DNA from: Schmidtea polychroa
Lineage: Eukaryota
Direction: 5' to 3'
Assembly (NCBI GenBank): GCA_044892525.1
Contig: CM097885.1
Span: 52,330,001 to 52,394,000 of the forward strand
Length of the DNA stretch: 64,000 nucleotides
Shown here: one piece after another, positions 24,061-38,626 of the stretch
Position numbering within the stretch: position 1 is the stretch's first letter
Layout: every line of letters begins with the position of its first letter
Notes under the pieces: model-generated
Databases searched by the model: none
What the model saw: the letters and a program-made list of their open reading frames with translations, nothing else
Told to the model about the DNA's origin: nothing
Translations under genes and position numbers: made by a program

Positions 24061-24983
24061 TATTGAAATTTGTATTTTTTATGAACGTTTAAATTTCTAT
24101 ATAAACAGTCCTTTAAAACAAATAATAATTATTAATAAAGCAAAATTCAAACTTTTTCAAAAAAATTGATTATTTCATAATTTTCTTTCTGTTGTTTTAT
24201 TAAGCATAATTAACTTAATAAAACTATCAAGAAATTTCAAGAAATATACTGAAACAAAATTCTGCTGCTAATTTAGATTTTAATTCTTGATCAATGGCAT
24301 GAAAAAAGTGATGAGGAAATACATGATCATATCTATAGAAACGCTAATTTCAAATAACAACGCGGAAGTTGTCTACTTCCGAACGATAATTCATTATAGA
24401 AAGAAATATATGACAAACCTTAGCTTTTAATTATAGATAATAATTTTAAATATTTATCAGTAGCTAAAATTTTATTTATAATTTTTAATAATATTAATAA
24501 AATATTAATAACAATAATATTGATAATGGTAATGTTTTTGGCCTCAGCCTTTATTGTCATAATAATTTAATGCTTTTGTGATTTTTCTGTTTAATCACCA
24601 AAAACACTGTAGCCCTATAATAAGTTTCAAAGATGACAATCAACATTGGAAACACAGATTATAGCATACAAATACAGTATATACTCAAGAAATATATATA
24701 ATAAACATTACAAGCTTTGTGATACACCATTACAAGTTTAAAAAAAATTTTAAAAAAAATTTCATATTTAAATTGTATAAAGACTGTATACTGATTATTT
24801 AACCCAGTTGGTCATATTATACACAACTTACAGTGTACAATATTCTATTATATAATGATACATTTTATGAGGAAAACAGACGAATAAAGAAAATTAGAAG
24901 AAACAGAAGGAAAACGAAGCAAAATGAAAACACTTTATTTAATTTGTATGGTCTTTTTTGAAAATCTTATAACTTCTAAATTT

Positions 24984-25636
24984 GGAACACTTTCCGGGAC
25001 AGTGTTCAGTGGGAGATAAAGAACTTTAATCCGGGACGTCTGATCACTTTAACTTAGTGGTTTGTTTGTCTACTATGTTACTGATGCATTTAAACAAATG
25101 GACACAGTAGTCAGATTTGAATAAAGCATTGTCAACTGGATTTTTCAATAGGATTTTATATATTAAATTCTTTGTACGTGGTGTGCAATTTTAAGTTTTA
25201 CATTTAAACAAATATTTATTTAAGAAAATTCAAATTTTTTATCTTTAATTTCTAAACATTCTAATTGTTGCCAGGAATCTAACAGGTTTAGAACCATGTA
25301 AATTCATTTACTAACGCTCAAATTTAACAAACCTTGTAAACTTTGCTACTTTTAAGAAGCAAGTTAATTTTATTCATAAGATTTCTTTCAAAATATTGCT
25401 CATGACATACTTGATATGAAACATTTGAATTTTTGAATTTAAATAATTGTTACCAGTCTAAGCCAAAGCAATGTTATTTAATAGGAAAAGTGACTTTACA
25501 AATATATATATATATATATATCAATAATAAGGTAAGATGTGCAATACGGGACACTTCCCGAGACAATTTTCAATGCAGAACGTAAGATTTAAATCCGGGA
25601 AAGTACTACAAAATCCGGGACGTCTGGTCACTTTAA
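24984..25636. mobile_element. Two same-orientation hAT (Blackjack-like) terminal remnants
   Basis: AATCCGGGACGTCTGATCACTTTA (~25028-25051) and AATCCGGGACGTCTGGTCACTTTA (~25612-25635), with CGGGAC subterminal motifs. Confidence 0.5.
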
Positions 25637-25740
25637 CCTAACTTGATGTTATATCTACATGCTATGTTATGGACTGACAAAAGATCTTTCATCATGATTT
25701 AATTCCTGGCGAAATCGGTTTATGCTCAACAATTAACATA

Positions 25741-26107
25741 CTTCCGTGTTATCTTACCCCCAAAAATTAAATTATAAAATACAATTAAAATAACAATATG
25801 AAAAATGAGAGAATACATTATTGATGACGTTATTGAACATTATTGAACATGAATTTATTAAGGCTATCTGTGATTTATGTGATTATGTGATTATGTGAGT
25901 TTATGTGGCGCAAACGTGTTCTAAGCAACAGTGTCGATGTGTTCGACACTATTCTCAGCGACATTATGGTTTTCTGACCACCTGGATGACCATTTACAAA
26001 CTCTTTACAAACATTTGCTGAGTTTGTAACTGTGATTTAGAAAATAAATATAATAATTATATGTGTTCTTTTTTAATTTAATTTTTGGGGGTAAGATAAC
26101 ACGGAAG
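25741..26107. mobile_element. Tc1/mariner-type MITE, 367 bp
   Basis: Perfect 34-bp TIR CTTCCGTGTTATCTTACCCCCAAAAATTAAATTA, flanked by TA on both sides. Confidence 0.88.
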
Positions 26108-28737
26108 TACCCAACAATTTAATGACCATATTCCAGACTTTAATTTTTTCGCAACGCAAACACATTTATCATCATTATTTGTAAGGACGACTTTAGTTGT
26201 TTGAAAATAATGCAACTGGTAGTTGCTACCGCCTATTTTAAATATAAAATCTATAATTTAAAATACGATTGATATCAAATATTATTTTTATTATAATAGT
26301 ATAATTATAATTTTAATTATTATAATTATTACTTAAAACCAAATATATTTCAAAAGATAAAATTAAGATTTAAAGACAATTGGTGTCAAATATTATTATT
26401 ATTATATTATTATTATTAAGATTTATCAAAGATTTTACTCAAAATTGATTACATATTTTCGATTTTTTAATATATTCAAGTAGTTTTTATTGTAATGCGT
26501 TTATCTAATGAAATATCGTTGTTAAAATTGCATATGCTAAAGCAGCTCAGTGACAATTCATTACAGAATTAAATTTATGTATTATGTATTGTTCTAAACT
26601 AAGATAACGATTAAATAGACGTAAACTTCTCAACGATTTATTAGATACAAGCAAGGACTTTTATACGTGACGAAGCCCATCTCAATATTCGCTATGCATC
26701 CACCTAGTTCTGATTCATTTACATATTGCATGCATGATTGCGTAGATATCGGTATTGCTCACGTAATCGATCTCAGACAACTACAATACATTTATCAATA
26801 AAATCATGTATAATTGGCAATGAAAATTCAATTATTTAGGATTATACCTTTTCTATTTGGTGAATATAAAATATAAATATATAACGTCGAGAATTTCAAT
26901 AGATTATTTATTAATTTGATAAATACTTAGTCAACATTTCTATTTGATCAATGTAAAACATGATGTTAAATCGGCTGATCTAAAAGCTTAGACAATTTTA
27001 TAAGTGTTTACATCTATTTTATCGTCAAATATTTTATGCACACCTTTCTCATTGATAATTGGTCAACATTTCTATTGGTGAATTTAAATCCAAATATCCA
27101 GATCGTCAGAAGCTAAAAACAATTTCCATGTAGTACTTTCACTAGCAAATTATATACTTTTAACAATGATCCAGCTAATATTTAAGTCGAATCAAGTTCA
27201 GAGATTGAATGATTTACTCAAAACCACAGTATATTTCTGTTGTTAAAAATATTTTTGTCTTAACTTGCACAGTGTACATTATTATTAAATACTGAAAATA
27301 AGATTTGATAGGTTAACGAAAAACACCGATCTTTCAATGGCCTAAACTGATTAGGGCATTCGCTTTGTTTTTATATTAATTTTTGAAACGTATTTCTGTA
27401 AATTTCATTTAAGTCAACATTTTTCTTAGTCATTTGCTCATATTCTTTCCATTATTGTTAGTCATGACATTGTAATGTTTATATTATTTTAATGTTAGAC
27501 ATCCGTAAAAAAATAGTTTACACCATTACAAGTTAAAAATGTTAAAGGTTTACGGATGTACTTGTAAACAGTTTCTGTGTATAGACTATTTTTGGTCTCC
27601 AGAGGTGAATATGATTTTTCATACGCCATGTTTACAAGTTTACAGATTTTTTTTCTGTGAATTAGCTAATTTGCAAGTGATGTGATTTCCAGTGTACCGG
27701 GGAAAGTATGCAATAGAGTTGAATCAACAATATTGTATACATACCTGGCGCGAAGAGAAATCTTCGCTCCTCCTGCATAATAATGATGAGAGCCAAAATC
27801 TCGAAACTAGTCTACTATTGGGATTTGCACTGGGTATCACAAAGCTTGTAATTAATTCTAATTTATATTAATTCTATTTATAATTGAATATTTTAAGCAT
27901 GAGATAGTACATGCTTATGTTAGAACTAAATATTTGTATATATTTAATACTGGTTTAATCTTGGTTATGAATAAAAATGTCATGGAGTGATCCAATATAC
28001 ATCAAGTTCTAGATCATAGTCGATTGAAGGAATTGATTATTTCAGTTAGAATGTCTTTGCTTTACATTTTTCATGATTGATTTCATGATTTAGTTTATGT
28101 TTTCTTATCTAAGTTTTCTAAATTTTTATTTACCCTTCTCTAAATCACTCCTAAACAGTTAAATAGATTTTCTTGTTCACTTCGTGTGAAAACTGCAATT
28201 GACAAAAAATGCTTGTATTTATTGTTTATCTAGTAAAAATAACTGTAATGAAATAAATTCAGAAAACTTATTAGACTGGATAATAATTCCTGAATAAAAT
28301 ATCATTAAACTTTCTAATTTAAATATATTCTAATAAAATTTCAAAGATGTTATCAAAATGTTCGTGAACAAACAATCCATTAGACGGTGGACATCGATTT
28401 TGTCTTCAATTCTTTTATTGAAAAGAGCATAATCATGCAAGCCGACTAAGAAAAAGGAGAAATGTTTTACTCATTAAAAATTATGGAAATAATTTAAATT
28501 AATTTTTGTAAATGTTTAAAAAACAAAATCGTTATCTTCATTTCTTTTTTAGACTATTAATCAACATTTAAAACCAAATATAAAAAATGATAAAGGTAAA
28601 ATTATTAATAAATCAATGATGAATAAGATAAAAGATTTTACCGATATAAAAAAATATAAAATATTAATAAAAAAATATAATAAAAATATGTATTGAAATT
28701 ATTAATATATAAAATTACAATTATTTTTGAATCGATT

Positions 28738-29799
28738 TGTTGAGGTCTGTAAATTAAAATAAATTTAAATGAAAATTAGGTTGAAAATTTAAATAAAAAG
28801 TAAGTGAAGGAAAAAAACAAATAAAAGTTGATCATGCACAGAATTGATAGTAAAGGAACGTATGATGGATGCAGTATTAGGAAATGGCAAAAGCAGTTAC
28901 GAAAGGCAAGAATCCGGAAATCCGAGAAAAATCAATAAATTGTAAAATCATCGAAATCGAATTGGGAAAACAGGACAGGTATAGATTAGCTAATGGTCAA
29001 CAAGATGATGATTAGGGATTTATCAGAAAATGGTTAGAAAGGGTCGAAAAGCATTCAAATGTGTTAAAACAGAAAACGTTAATTAATTTATTAATTGGCT
29101 AATAGTAAACCCGAGCTAATGGGAAACCGGAGCCAATGGAGAACACGAGAGATGAAGGAAATCCGAGCTGGGTAAACAAAGAGAAAAGTAAATAGAAGGA
29201 AGATCTGGGCCCATTATCGTGACACTATGATTAATGGGAAAAGACCAAGGAGAAGATAGTGCGTGCAGAAAGGCCGGACGGGCCATTAATTATCTTTGTT
29301 CGTTGGACCATTATGGATGACAGCTGAAGCAGATGTGTGGACTCGAATGTCAAGTTAGAGATTGGCTCGGCAATAACCATTTGTCATTCCGATTTTGAAA
29401 AGTATATAAGGAATGGGAAAATCAGAGCAAATCGGCATTTTGCCTCAGTTAGGGTAAGAAGATAAACGAGAATAGGCGAAAGGTAAAAACGAATTAAGGA
29501 GTTTATAGGGAAAAAGAAGACATAGAATAGGAATACGAAAAGGTGAAAAAGGATCAAATCAAATAGAAAAAGCAAAACGTTGGTCAGGAGAACCTGAGGA
29601 AATAAAAGGTGAATATTATCTTTTGTCAAAGCATCAACACCGAGAGGAGAATCGGTCAAACTTAACTTTGATTATTGATTATTTCTTGTTGAGAAAAGAA
29701 TATTTTTGTGATTCAAATATACGTTGGGTAGTTTATTGTTTTGATTAAAAGGACACGAGGAGTCAGAAGTTACCGACTTAAATTAACTAAAACCCAACA
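28738..29799 (+). mobile_element. Probable solo LTR (Gypsy-related)
   Basis: TGTTG...CCCAACA termini with flanks GATT/TATT (3 of 4 match). Purine-rich interior. The 3' motif GACACG.GGAGTCAGA...CCCAACA is shared with 47876-47941 and 61396-61450. Confidence 0.55.
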
Positions 29800-30289
29800 T
29801 ATTCAATTAACAAAAATAAAAGTTTATTTCTGGTATCTTTATTTTTAAGGATGTACAACATGTATATTAATAATCTGGACTCGTCAGATTATTCATTCGT
29901 ATACATCTTGGCAATAACTCCGATTGTTGCTTCTTTAAAAATCAGTAATTCTTCCCTGAATTACTTAATTATTTTTAAAAATATGGGAATTTTATTTTAT
30001 TTCTATATAGTAATAAAATTTATAATATAAAATGACAAACTAATGTAGCATAAATAAAGATTCCACGAAGCTATTTAAAAAAAACAGCCGAATAATAGAC
30101 ATTCGAATACTAAAATACATAAGTTCCCTAAAATGTGGATCAAAAAGTGGATATTTTATTAACAAATTACTTTTAAATATATTAATAGATGCTAATTATG
30201 TTTGGATTTTAAAAAATATCAATTTAAATTAAAAATGAAAGTATACATTTTTTTAAATTAATAAAATTCATAGATTTAAAATTAATAAT

Positions 30290-30830
30290 TTTCTCGTTAT
30301 CCTATACGATTTTCTTTCCTAAATTTGGCTTGATATTTTGTCAATTACATCCAAGTAGTACAATTTTGCAACAACAGAACCATATGATATTTTTTCTTAC
30401 ACATACAAACTGTCTTTACATTATATTTGCCTATCCTAAATATTTTAGGTAATCATGTTAAAAGCTTTGACTTATTCTCTGTCATCCATTCTTTTATCAT
30501 TTCAACCGTGCTGTCGATTGCATCTATTAAACCAGTCATTACTCTACTTATTTTTCTGAAAGTTTTTAATTTTTCTGTTTTATCTCCGTCATTTTTATCA
30601 TCCTTAACCTATATAAACTAGTTTTCATAATTTCTAATGTTACATCAATAAATTTTTCAACATTTTATTACAATATCAACAACTTTTATTTCTTTTTCAC
30701 CAATATTGTCTTCACCTGCATCGCAATTTTGACTATTCTTATAAATATTTGTTCAAAATTGAAATTCCAACTTAACACATAAAAAACTCATTTATCAACT
30801 CAATAATATCCTGTTTTACTGATGAAATTA
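30290..30830 (-). pseudogene. Highly decayed piggyBac-like transposase remnant
   Basis: Minus-strand fragments resembling GxxDAIDxxV and a Cys-rich C-terminus (KTVCMCKK.....LL..C). Many frameshifts. Confidence 0.3.
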
Positions 30831-31021
30831 TCCGCCGAAAATGACTGAGACCAAAATAAAATACCTGAAATTAGTCAGAATATAAATTATTTTCAAATAG
30901 GAAGGATGAAAGCAATCATAAATTGATTACTAAATATACCTAGAAAATTTCAAATAATTTTCAAATAAAAACACAATTTTTAATTACTGATAATAAAATA
31001 TATCCAAATATAAGCCCTTAA

Positions 31022-31249
31022 CCACTTGCCGGGCGCGCGCTCAAATATGAGTGCAAAAAATGTGTACCATTTCGGGCGAGCGCTCACATGTGAGCACAAA
31101 CTCATATAGAAAAAATAGTGAATATAAACTCGGAAAATTAAAAAATATATATTTACGTTATATTTTGATTATATACTATTAATTAATGATTTTAAAAAAA
31201 TAGTTTTTTTATGACCGAAAACATGATAAAAAAATCGCCCGGCAAGTGG
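31022..31249. mobile_element. piggyBac-type MITE, 228 bp
   Basis: Perfect 14-bp TIR CCACTTGCCGGGCG, with TTAA on both sides (31018-21, 31250-53). Two internal GCGCTCA..TGAG.CAAA subterminal repeats. Confidence 0.9.
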
Positions 31250-32458
31250 TTAATGTCTGTAGATGTCCAACTTTAAATTGTTGTCAAAACGAAAAACTGT
31301 TTTCAATGACTGATAATAGAATACACTAATACCTTACTTAGCGTCCATATTTGGTTCAAGAAAATTGCTACAAAAACTGAAAAGTCTCAAATGGAAGCAG
31401 TAATTTTCACGTGGACTTCACTCTGACATTATTATGTTAATTATTTCAAATAAAAAAATTACAAATAAAAAGGCAATGCAATGTAAAACAATTTAAACGT
31501 AAATTCATTTAAAAAAATTAATTTAAAAAAAATTCATTGTCAAATACCAAAATAATCAAATGTGCATTAAAAATGCAACTCATGTGCAAGACTGACAAAG
31601 ACAATGAATAATAGCAAAATTCTAGAAGAATTTTCTTAGTCAAGGATTATTTTTTCATAGATTTTCGATAATGTACTGATTAAATAATTTATTAATACAT
31701 TGTTTATATGCATATGTTTTATAGTTTTATTAGTAACTAGGTTGTTCTAAGGCGCCAAGGTGTTCATCATATTTTTTCTTTTATCCGTTTCATAAAATAA
31801 TTGAATAAAGAGTTTTTTGTCACTGAATTACTTTTAAACTAAAAATTTTGCTGTATTTCTTGTGAACATTCTCGTTTTCCTTACCTTCAAGATTTGATTA
31901 AGTACTCAATGCTGAATTTAAAATTGAAGAATTTAACTTTTATGATAATTGATATGATATACGGTGATGATAATGATATGATGAAAAAATTAACTTTGTA
32001 AGTTCAGGTCCAATGGAATTTGTGCAGATATTCACTGAATTTTATTAAATTTTTGTGTAGATTGATTTTTTGAACTTTGTATGTTTGAATAAATTTTCAC
32101 ATTGAAAAAGTAATTGATATATATGATCACTTTAACCAAGAAGAATTAATATTCTTGTGTATGTCACTTAATCATGTCACGCAAGTTTAATAAAATCGGA
32201 AAGTGGAAATTATAACTGCTGTATATCCATGGTAAATGGTATTCAAAAATGCTCCATTAAAAAATTGTAAAAAATATTGAATTGGGAAAAAATTAAATAC
32301 ATTATTTGCAGCAAAAGGCTTAAATTATCATTTTATTGTTTTAAATAATAATAATAATGACAGCAATAAATATATGATTTACGAATTTGGAAGTTCTTTG
32401 TAGTATCTATCATTTTAAAATCATTTTGCATATTATCATCCTTTGTAAACATTTTATT

Positions 32459-32989
32459 CAGTGGCGTAACTAGTGGACGCAGGACCCTGTGTTGCGGGGG
32501 CCCAAAATTATTACTAAAAAAATATTTACAATCATTTTCTGAAATTTGTTTCCCGCAGTTATATTTGCCTACAAACATAAAACTATCATTGAATAGCGGC
32601 TGCTGTGAATAATTATGTATTAAACTTTAACCGAAAAATTTAAGTGGAAATATTTTTAAATGAACATTTTTTTTGCCTTTTAAAAATTACATGCGCGATT
32701 GAAAAAGTTATGTGGCATTTTTCAATTTAATAAGATTGAGTTAGCCGAAAGTTATAATTTGTTGCATTTTAAGTGTAAGTTTTCAATTTCCTAAGTTAAA
32801 GTTTCAGTTAGTTCTATTATTCAATTTTTAATTTATTATTTTTTCTGAATTACTATAGTATATGAAATATGATATCATATGAAATTATGATATATGAAAT
32901 AAATATTTAACTTGTTTTTGTTAAAAAAAAATTATTGTGGAATTATTTTACATTGCGTGGGGGGCCCAAATTTTGAAGTTCCGCCACTG
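32459..32989. mobile_element. hAT MITE, 531 bp
   Basis: TIR CAGTGGCG(T/G)AACT, 8-bp TSD ATTTTATT (32451-58, 32990-97), GGGGGCCC subterminal motifs. Confidence 0.9.
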
Positions 32990-34639
32990 ATTTTATTATT
33001 ACTTTTCAATGAATTATTTAAATTTTAAATTTATATTTGAAACATGGCAAATCACTTTCAATTTTATTAAAACAAATTTCAACAAATTTTTTAAATATTT
33101 TGAACTAATAATCACATTTGTTTAATTTTGCTAATTGAAATTCATAAAAAATTTATAGTGAATTTAATTATATTTTTCATTTGGCAAAAAATTTGTCTTT
33201 TACTTCTGGCAAATTTTCATTTCGTAATTGTTAATTTAATATTGATTTTTATATGTTTTCGTTTTTGTTTGTATATAATGAGAAAATAATCCCAAGCAAA
33301 ATTCAATAACTGAGAAATTAAGTTTTCGTTGAAAAATAATTAGTAGGCATTCCTCAAAATAAATCTTAATTTGAGAAATATTGAATTTTTAAATTGTCAT
33401 TCACTTTGAATCTGGGAAATGGAAAAGAAGATTACATTCAGATATTGATGAAAAAGTGAAAGTTATCTAATTCAACAAAAATTATAAATAAATTTTAATC
33501 TTTTAAATCTTAAAATTATCATTAAAATTTTAATGACCGACTGTAATCTAACGGTTACATTTTTACAAAAAACAAAATGCCAAGTTTTCCTAAACCCTCG
33601 AGATCCCAAGATCCTTAAGATTCCCAAAAGTCCTAAAACTCCTTAATGTAACCAAAATTAATCGATATGGATAAAATTAAAAGTTTTACTAATAAAATTA
33701 TATTTGTCAAATTTATCTTTTTTAACTTTGGCAAAGTTTTATATAATGAATAACACTGGTCAACACAAATTTTATTACCGCAAATCTTGAATAAGGGTAA
33801 GTTAATTGTGGGTAATTTTTTAATTTGAAACTGACAGTTTTGCTTGAATGACTCTATATGTATTTATACACAAAATGTCGAGAAGAACTGTAAATTTGTG
33901 AAATCCATTCATTGACTCTACTCTCCGCATGATTATGATAACATTGGAACGAACCCAGAACATATTCATGGCATAGTAAAATAGAGTTTCTTTGTTTTTA
34001 TGTTATGTGTTGCATCAGGAAATTCGCTTTGGAGAATCTAGCAGTAATCTACCATAATATGCTTCTCACAATGACATTGATATATTTTTTCCATTGTCTT
34101 CATATCCCAATGGAATCTTTCTTCTTCTTTGTTATATTGTTCTAGATTCTCTGGAAACCACTCTAAATGACTGTGAAGAAAGTGAATCTTTCTGATCATA
34201 TTGCATCCAAGACCATACTTTTAACCAATTTATCATAATTATCAACTTGATAATTTCCGAAGAAATTCTTTACCATTACTACACAATAGTGCTAAGCGGA
34301 ACCCTCACCAACAATCACGGAAGTAATGAAACCTGGATCAATTATGAGCTTAAGAATTTGAAGATAACTGAATACTCATTAATATTAACCCTTAATTACA
34401 TTGTGTATCAAATTTGCAACATACCAGAATTTCACGTTAGATCGTCTAACATAAATAAGAACTAACCATTTCATATTGTTGCTTGTGAGCTACAAAGCTG
34501 TTTAACGGATTTAGTTCATTTAACATTAGATTTTTTTAAAATTATTTTATGTAATAATATAGTCAAAGTAACATTATTTTAATTTATTCAAAATAAATAA
34601 AAAAATTCATGCAATTAAGGGTTAAAATGTACTTACCTC

Positions 34640-37600
34640 CAGTAGCGGATTTAGCTATAGGCGTGGGGGGGGGGCGACTCGCCCCCCCAGAAAAAGATAA
34701 TTTTATGAATTTTTTCTCTTATTACAGTTTTGTCTGTGTACAAAGTTCAATTGGATTTAAGCAACTCCAGCTGTTATGCTGCATCATGATCAAAAACTAG
34801 AAAGCAAATTATCTTTTTTATGACACAGCCGCATAGGGCCCCTAAATGTTTAATCCGGCAATGAAGCCATATTAATTCATTTAAAATAAATAATTATATA
34901 CAATAAATATTTATTTATTAAAAGAAATTGAACACAAAAAGTTTCCATCTCAATTATTGTTTTATTGAAAGTTTAATAAAATAAAAACATTATAAATTGT
35001 ATATTAATAAAGTTAAAATCAATCTTTTCATTTTATTTTTAAATTGTGTTTTACTGTATTGATCTACTTTAAATTCAAATTATTTACAAATATTTCGCAA
35101 GACATTCAATTTTAAATATGAAAAGAGATTCAGGAAATGGTAAGTTATTTTATTTCAATTTATTTAACTTTTTAATAAATTTACATTAATTTATTAATTT
35201 AACAATTCTTTGATGTGAGCCATTTATCCATAAAAAATCTATTTTTATTTTGGCAATAATTTGAACAAAGTTTAGTATATAAAACTGTAAAATTGTATAA
35301 AACATCCTAAAACATATAAATATGCAGAATCCCCAAAAAATACATTCGCAACATTCAAATCGAGCGCTTTTTACATTTATCATATAATTTCGGTGCAATT
35401 CTTTTCGGTAAATCCTAATTGGCGACCCCCCCCAAAGATAATTTTATGAATATTTTCTCTTATTACAGTTTTGTCTGTGTACAAAGTTCAACTGGATTTA
35501 AGCAACTCCAGCTGTTATGCTGCATCATATTAATAATATTACATAGCTCCAGTGAAGAGCGACTGTTTGAAGTTTTTAAGCTTGTATAGTGTTTGCACAT
35601 AAATCTAACCATAATAATTATTGTCAATTTGGACTTTTTTGACAAATAAATTATTGCGTTACTATTGAAATATTAAAATAATATTCAATATTGAATTAAA
35701 ATAAAATTTAAATTATAGCCATGGCTGAGTCAGCTGGTGATACTAATAAAAGCAAAGCAATTACCAAATTAAGTGGATCATCTAGGCGTAAATTGGCAAA
35801 GGAAGCCAGTCTCAAGGCAGATGCTAACAAATATATTAAGTTAACATCATTTATAACTAAACAGTCTAAACTGCCAGTAGTTCAATCAACTGAAGTTTCT
35901 GCTAAAAATGAGCATGTATTTGATGATCAACACCCATCTACGCATTCGAGTTCCTGTGCTGAGCCTGCTGAGACAGAAACATCATCTGAAGTTCTTGTTG
36001 AAGATGAGCAAGTAGTTGATGAACAACACCCAGCTATACATTCATGTGCAGAGAATATTGAGACGGTAACATTACCTGCTCAGGGCTTCAAACATAATCA
36101 GGGTGATTCAGAATTTGATACAGTGGAAAAACAACTTGCTTCAGATATTTTACAAGAAGCAATTCTTCCTCAATCCGACTTTCCTACAGATCCAGGACTC
36201 TACATTAATACAAGCATAAGCTCGAAACTGATACGAAAATTGTTTGAAATCGGACCATGTCAACCTGGACTCAATGAACCATTTCAATTTCCGACAGATG
36301 AATTGGGGCGCAAGTTTCAAATTTCTTGGTACAAAAAATGTTTTGGAAAAGGTAGTATGAAGGAGAAAAGAAATTGGCTTGTCTATTCACCAACAAATCA
36401 AAAAATACATTGCCAAGCTTGCTGGTTATTCGCTGATTGTAAAATTGAAAATTATAGCAAGGAATGGTCTGACCCAAATTTTGAAGTTTATAACTGGAAA
36501 AAAGGCGTGGAAAAAATCGTTAAACATGAAACTTCCAATCAACATCAAAGTGCAATATGTCAATATTTGCTGGCTAAATATCGCATTTCAAATGATAAAA
36601 CTGTGATATCTGGTTTGATCAGTCAGGAGCGATATCAAGTTGAAAAAAATAGAGAAGTTTTGAAACGAATGGTAGATGCAAAGTTGTTTTTAGCAAAACA
36701 AGGTTTGTCATTTAGAGGACACAGAGAACATTCTGGCTTTGACAGGTGTAGTAATACTGGAAAATTTCGTGAATTGCTATTTTTATTGGCTAAATATGAT
36801 TCCACTTTGGACAATCATCTAAAGTTTGAAAAGAAAAATGAACTTTATTTATGTCATGATGTACAAAATGACCTAATTCAATCACTTGCCTCAGAATTAT
36901 CAACAAATATTGATAATGAAGTTAGGTCTGCACAATTCTTTTCTCTAATTGTTGATTCAACAATCGATATATCCAGAGTTGATCAGATGTCAGTTTCTTT
37001 AAGATTAGTGTTAAAATCAGGACAAGTTGTTGAACGATTTATAGGCTTCTACACGTTGGAAAACAGTAATGCTGCAGCATTTTCTGATATATTATTAACG
37101 GAGTTACAAAAGCGAAACATTGACATTACACTTTGTAGAGGACAGGCATATGATGGTGCCTCTGTGATGTCTGGGATTAAAAATGGTCTTCAAACTAAGA
37201 TAAAGACACTTTCACCAAATGCCATCTTTGTTCACTGTTGTTCTCATGCATTGAATTTGGTGACTATTGAAGCAATGTCTCTTAACAGTGATGTTCAGTT
37301 GTTTTTTGGTACAATAGAAAAGTTGTATACTTTCCTTACATCAAGTCTACCACGACTACATATTCTCGAAGAACATCAGAAGTCTCGATATGAAGCGACA
37401 GTAGATACTCTAAAACGACTTTCTGATACAAGGTGGGCAAGCCGAAAGCATGCAGTTGATGCAGTTTTTGGATCATTCTCCGCTATTATATCTACTCTAG
37501 AAGATATAAATTTTGGGGAATCAAAAGAACACAAAGGAAGTGTCAGAGCAGAAGCTATGGAACTATCTATTTTGATAACAAAATATTCTTTTGTTTTTCT

Positions 37601-38626
37601 GATGCTATTTCTACAAAAGCTGTTAGATAATATCTTTGTGTTATCAAACTATTTGCAACGAAAGGACATTGATATTGCGTTTGCAAAACAATTGATTGCA
37701 AAACAATTGCTGATATGAGAAGTGATAAAGCTTTTGAAAGTCTAAATGTTGCTGTAAAATCATTTATTATCAAAAATTGTTCCTTACTAGATGTTGAAAC
37801 AGAATTTAAAGAAAAGCGAGTTGCAAAAAGGAAACGCATGGCAAGTGAACTTAACAGAGATGAAAGGGTTGATGATCCAACTACACGCTTCAAATGTGAA
37901 ACGTATTTCACTGTCTTGGATACACTTGTAGCACAGCTAGATGAACGTTTTAATGATTTTCATAACACTGTTTCTTTATTCTCCTGTCTTGATCCATCAC
38001 AAATATCAGAAGAAAATAAAGAATCTTTTCAAAATTTATGCGACATTTACAAAAATGATATTAATATTGAAGAAGCAATCCTAGAATATGATACTTTCAA
38101 ATACGTGTATGCATCAATACGCCCATTACTATCTTGTGAACTACAACTTAAAGAGGTGCTGCCTTTCTTGGTTGAAAAACAGATGGCACCAGTACTTCCC
38201 AATTTGGCAACTCTCTATAAAATATACTTGACTCTTCCTGTTACATCTGCTACTGCTGAAAGAAGTTTCAGTGGACTGAAAATAATCAAAAATTATTTGC
38301 GATCAACAATGACAAACGAACGTCTGTCTGGATTAGCATTAATTTCAATAGAACGTGAACTGGCTGGGAACATTGACTTTTAATCGACTATAAATCGTTT
38401 TGCTTCAATGAAATCACGCAGGAAGCAATTTAAATAATAAAAAACGTGTATGTTTGTTACATCAATAAATTTACTAGAATAAATTTACTGAATATAATGC
38501 TTTTTAATAATATTAGTATTCACTCAATACTCGCGAAAATAAGTAGTACCATCTTCATAATTTGTGGCGACCCCTGAAAATTTTCCTCGCCCCCCCCCGA
38601 CGCACCAAAATCTAAATCCGCCACTG
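34640..38626 (+). mobile_element. hAT transposon, 3987 bp
   Basis: 15-bp TIR CAGT(A/G)GCGGATTTAG, 8-bp TSD CTTACCTC (34632-39, 38627-34), internal transposase. Confidence 0.95.
35721..38437 (+). pseudogene. hAT transposase (ZMYM1-like: TTF-type zinc finger, DUF4371-like region, C-terminal dimerisation domain), disrupted
   Basis: Motifs WLVYS..CQAC, HETSNQH, FRGH, DSTIDIS, GQAYDGA, HCCSHALNL, TRW, SATAERSFS, MTNERLSGLALISIE. Frameshift near 37700 and a premature TAA at 38381-83 before ...FASMKSRRKQFK*. Confidence 0.92.

Noticed and set aside
33850..34500. Coding-like composition on the minus strand, possibly a transposase remnant
   Set aside because: No diagnostic motif was recoverable.
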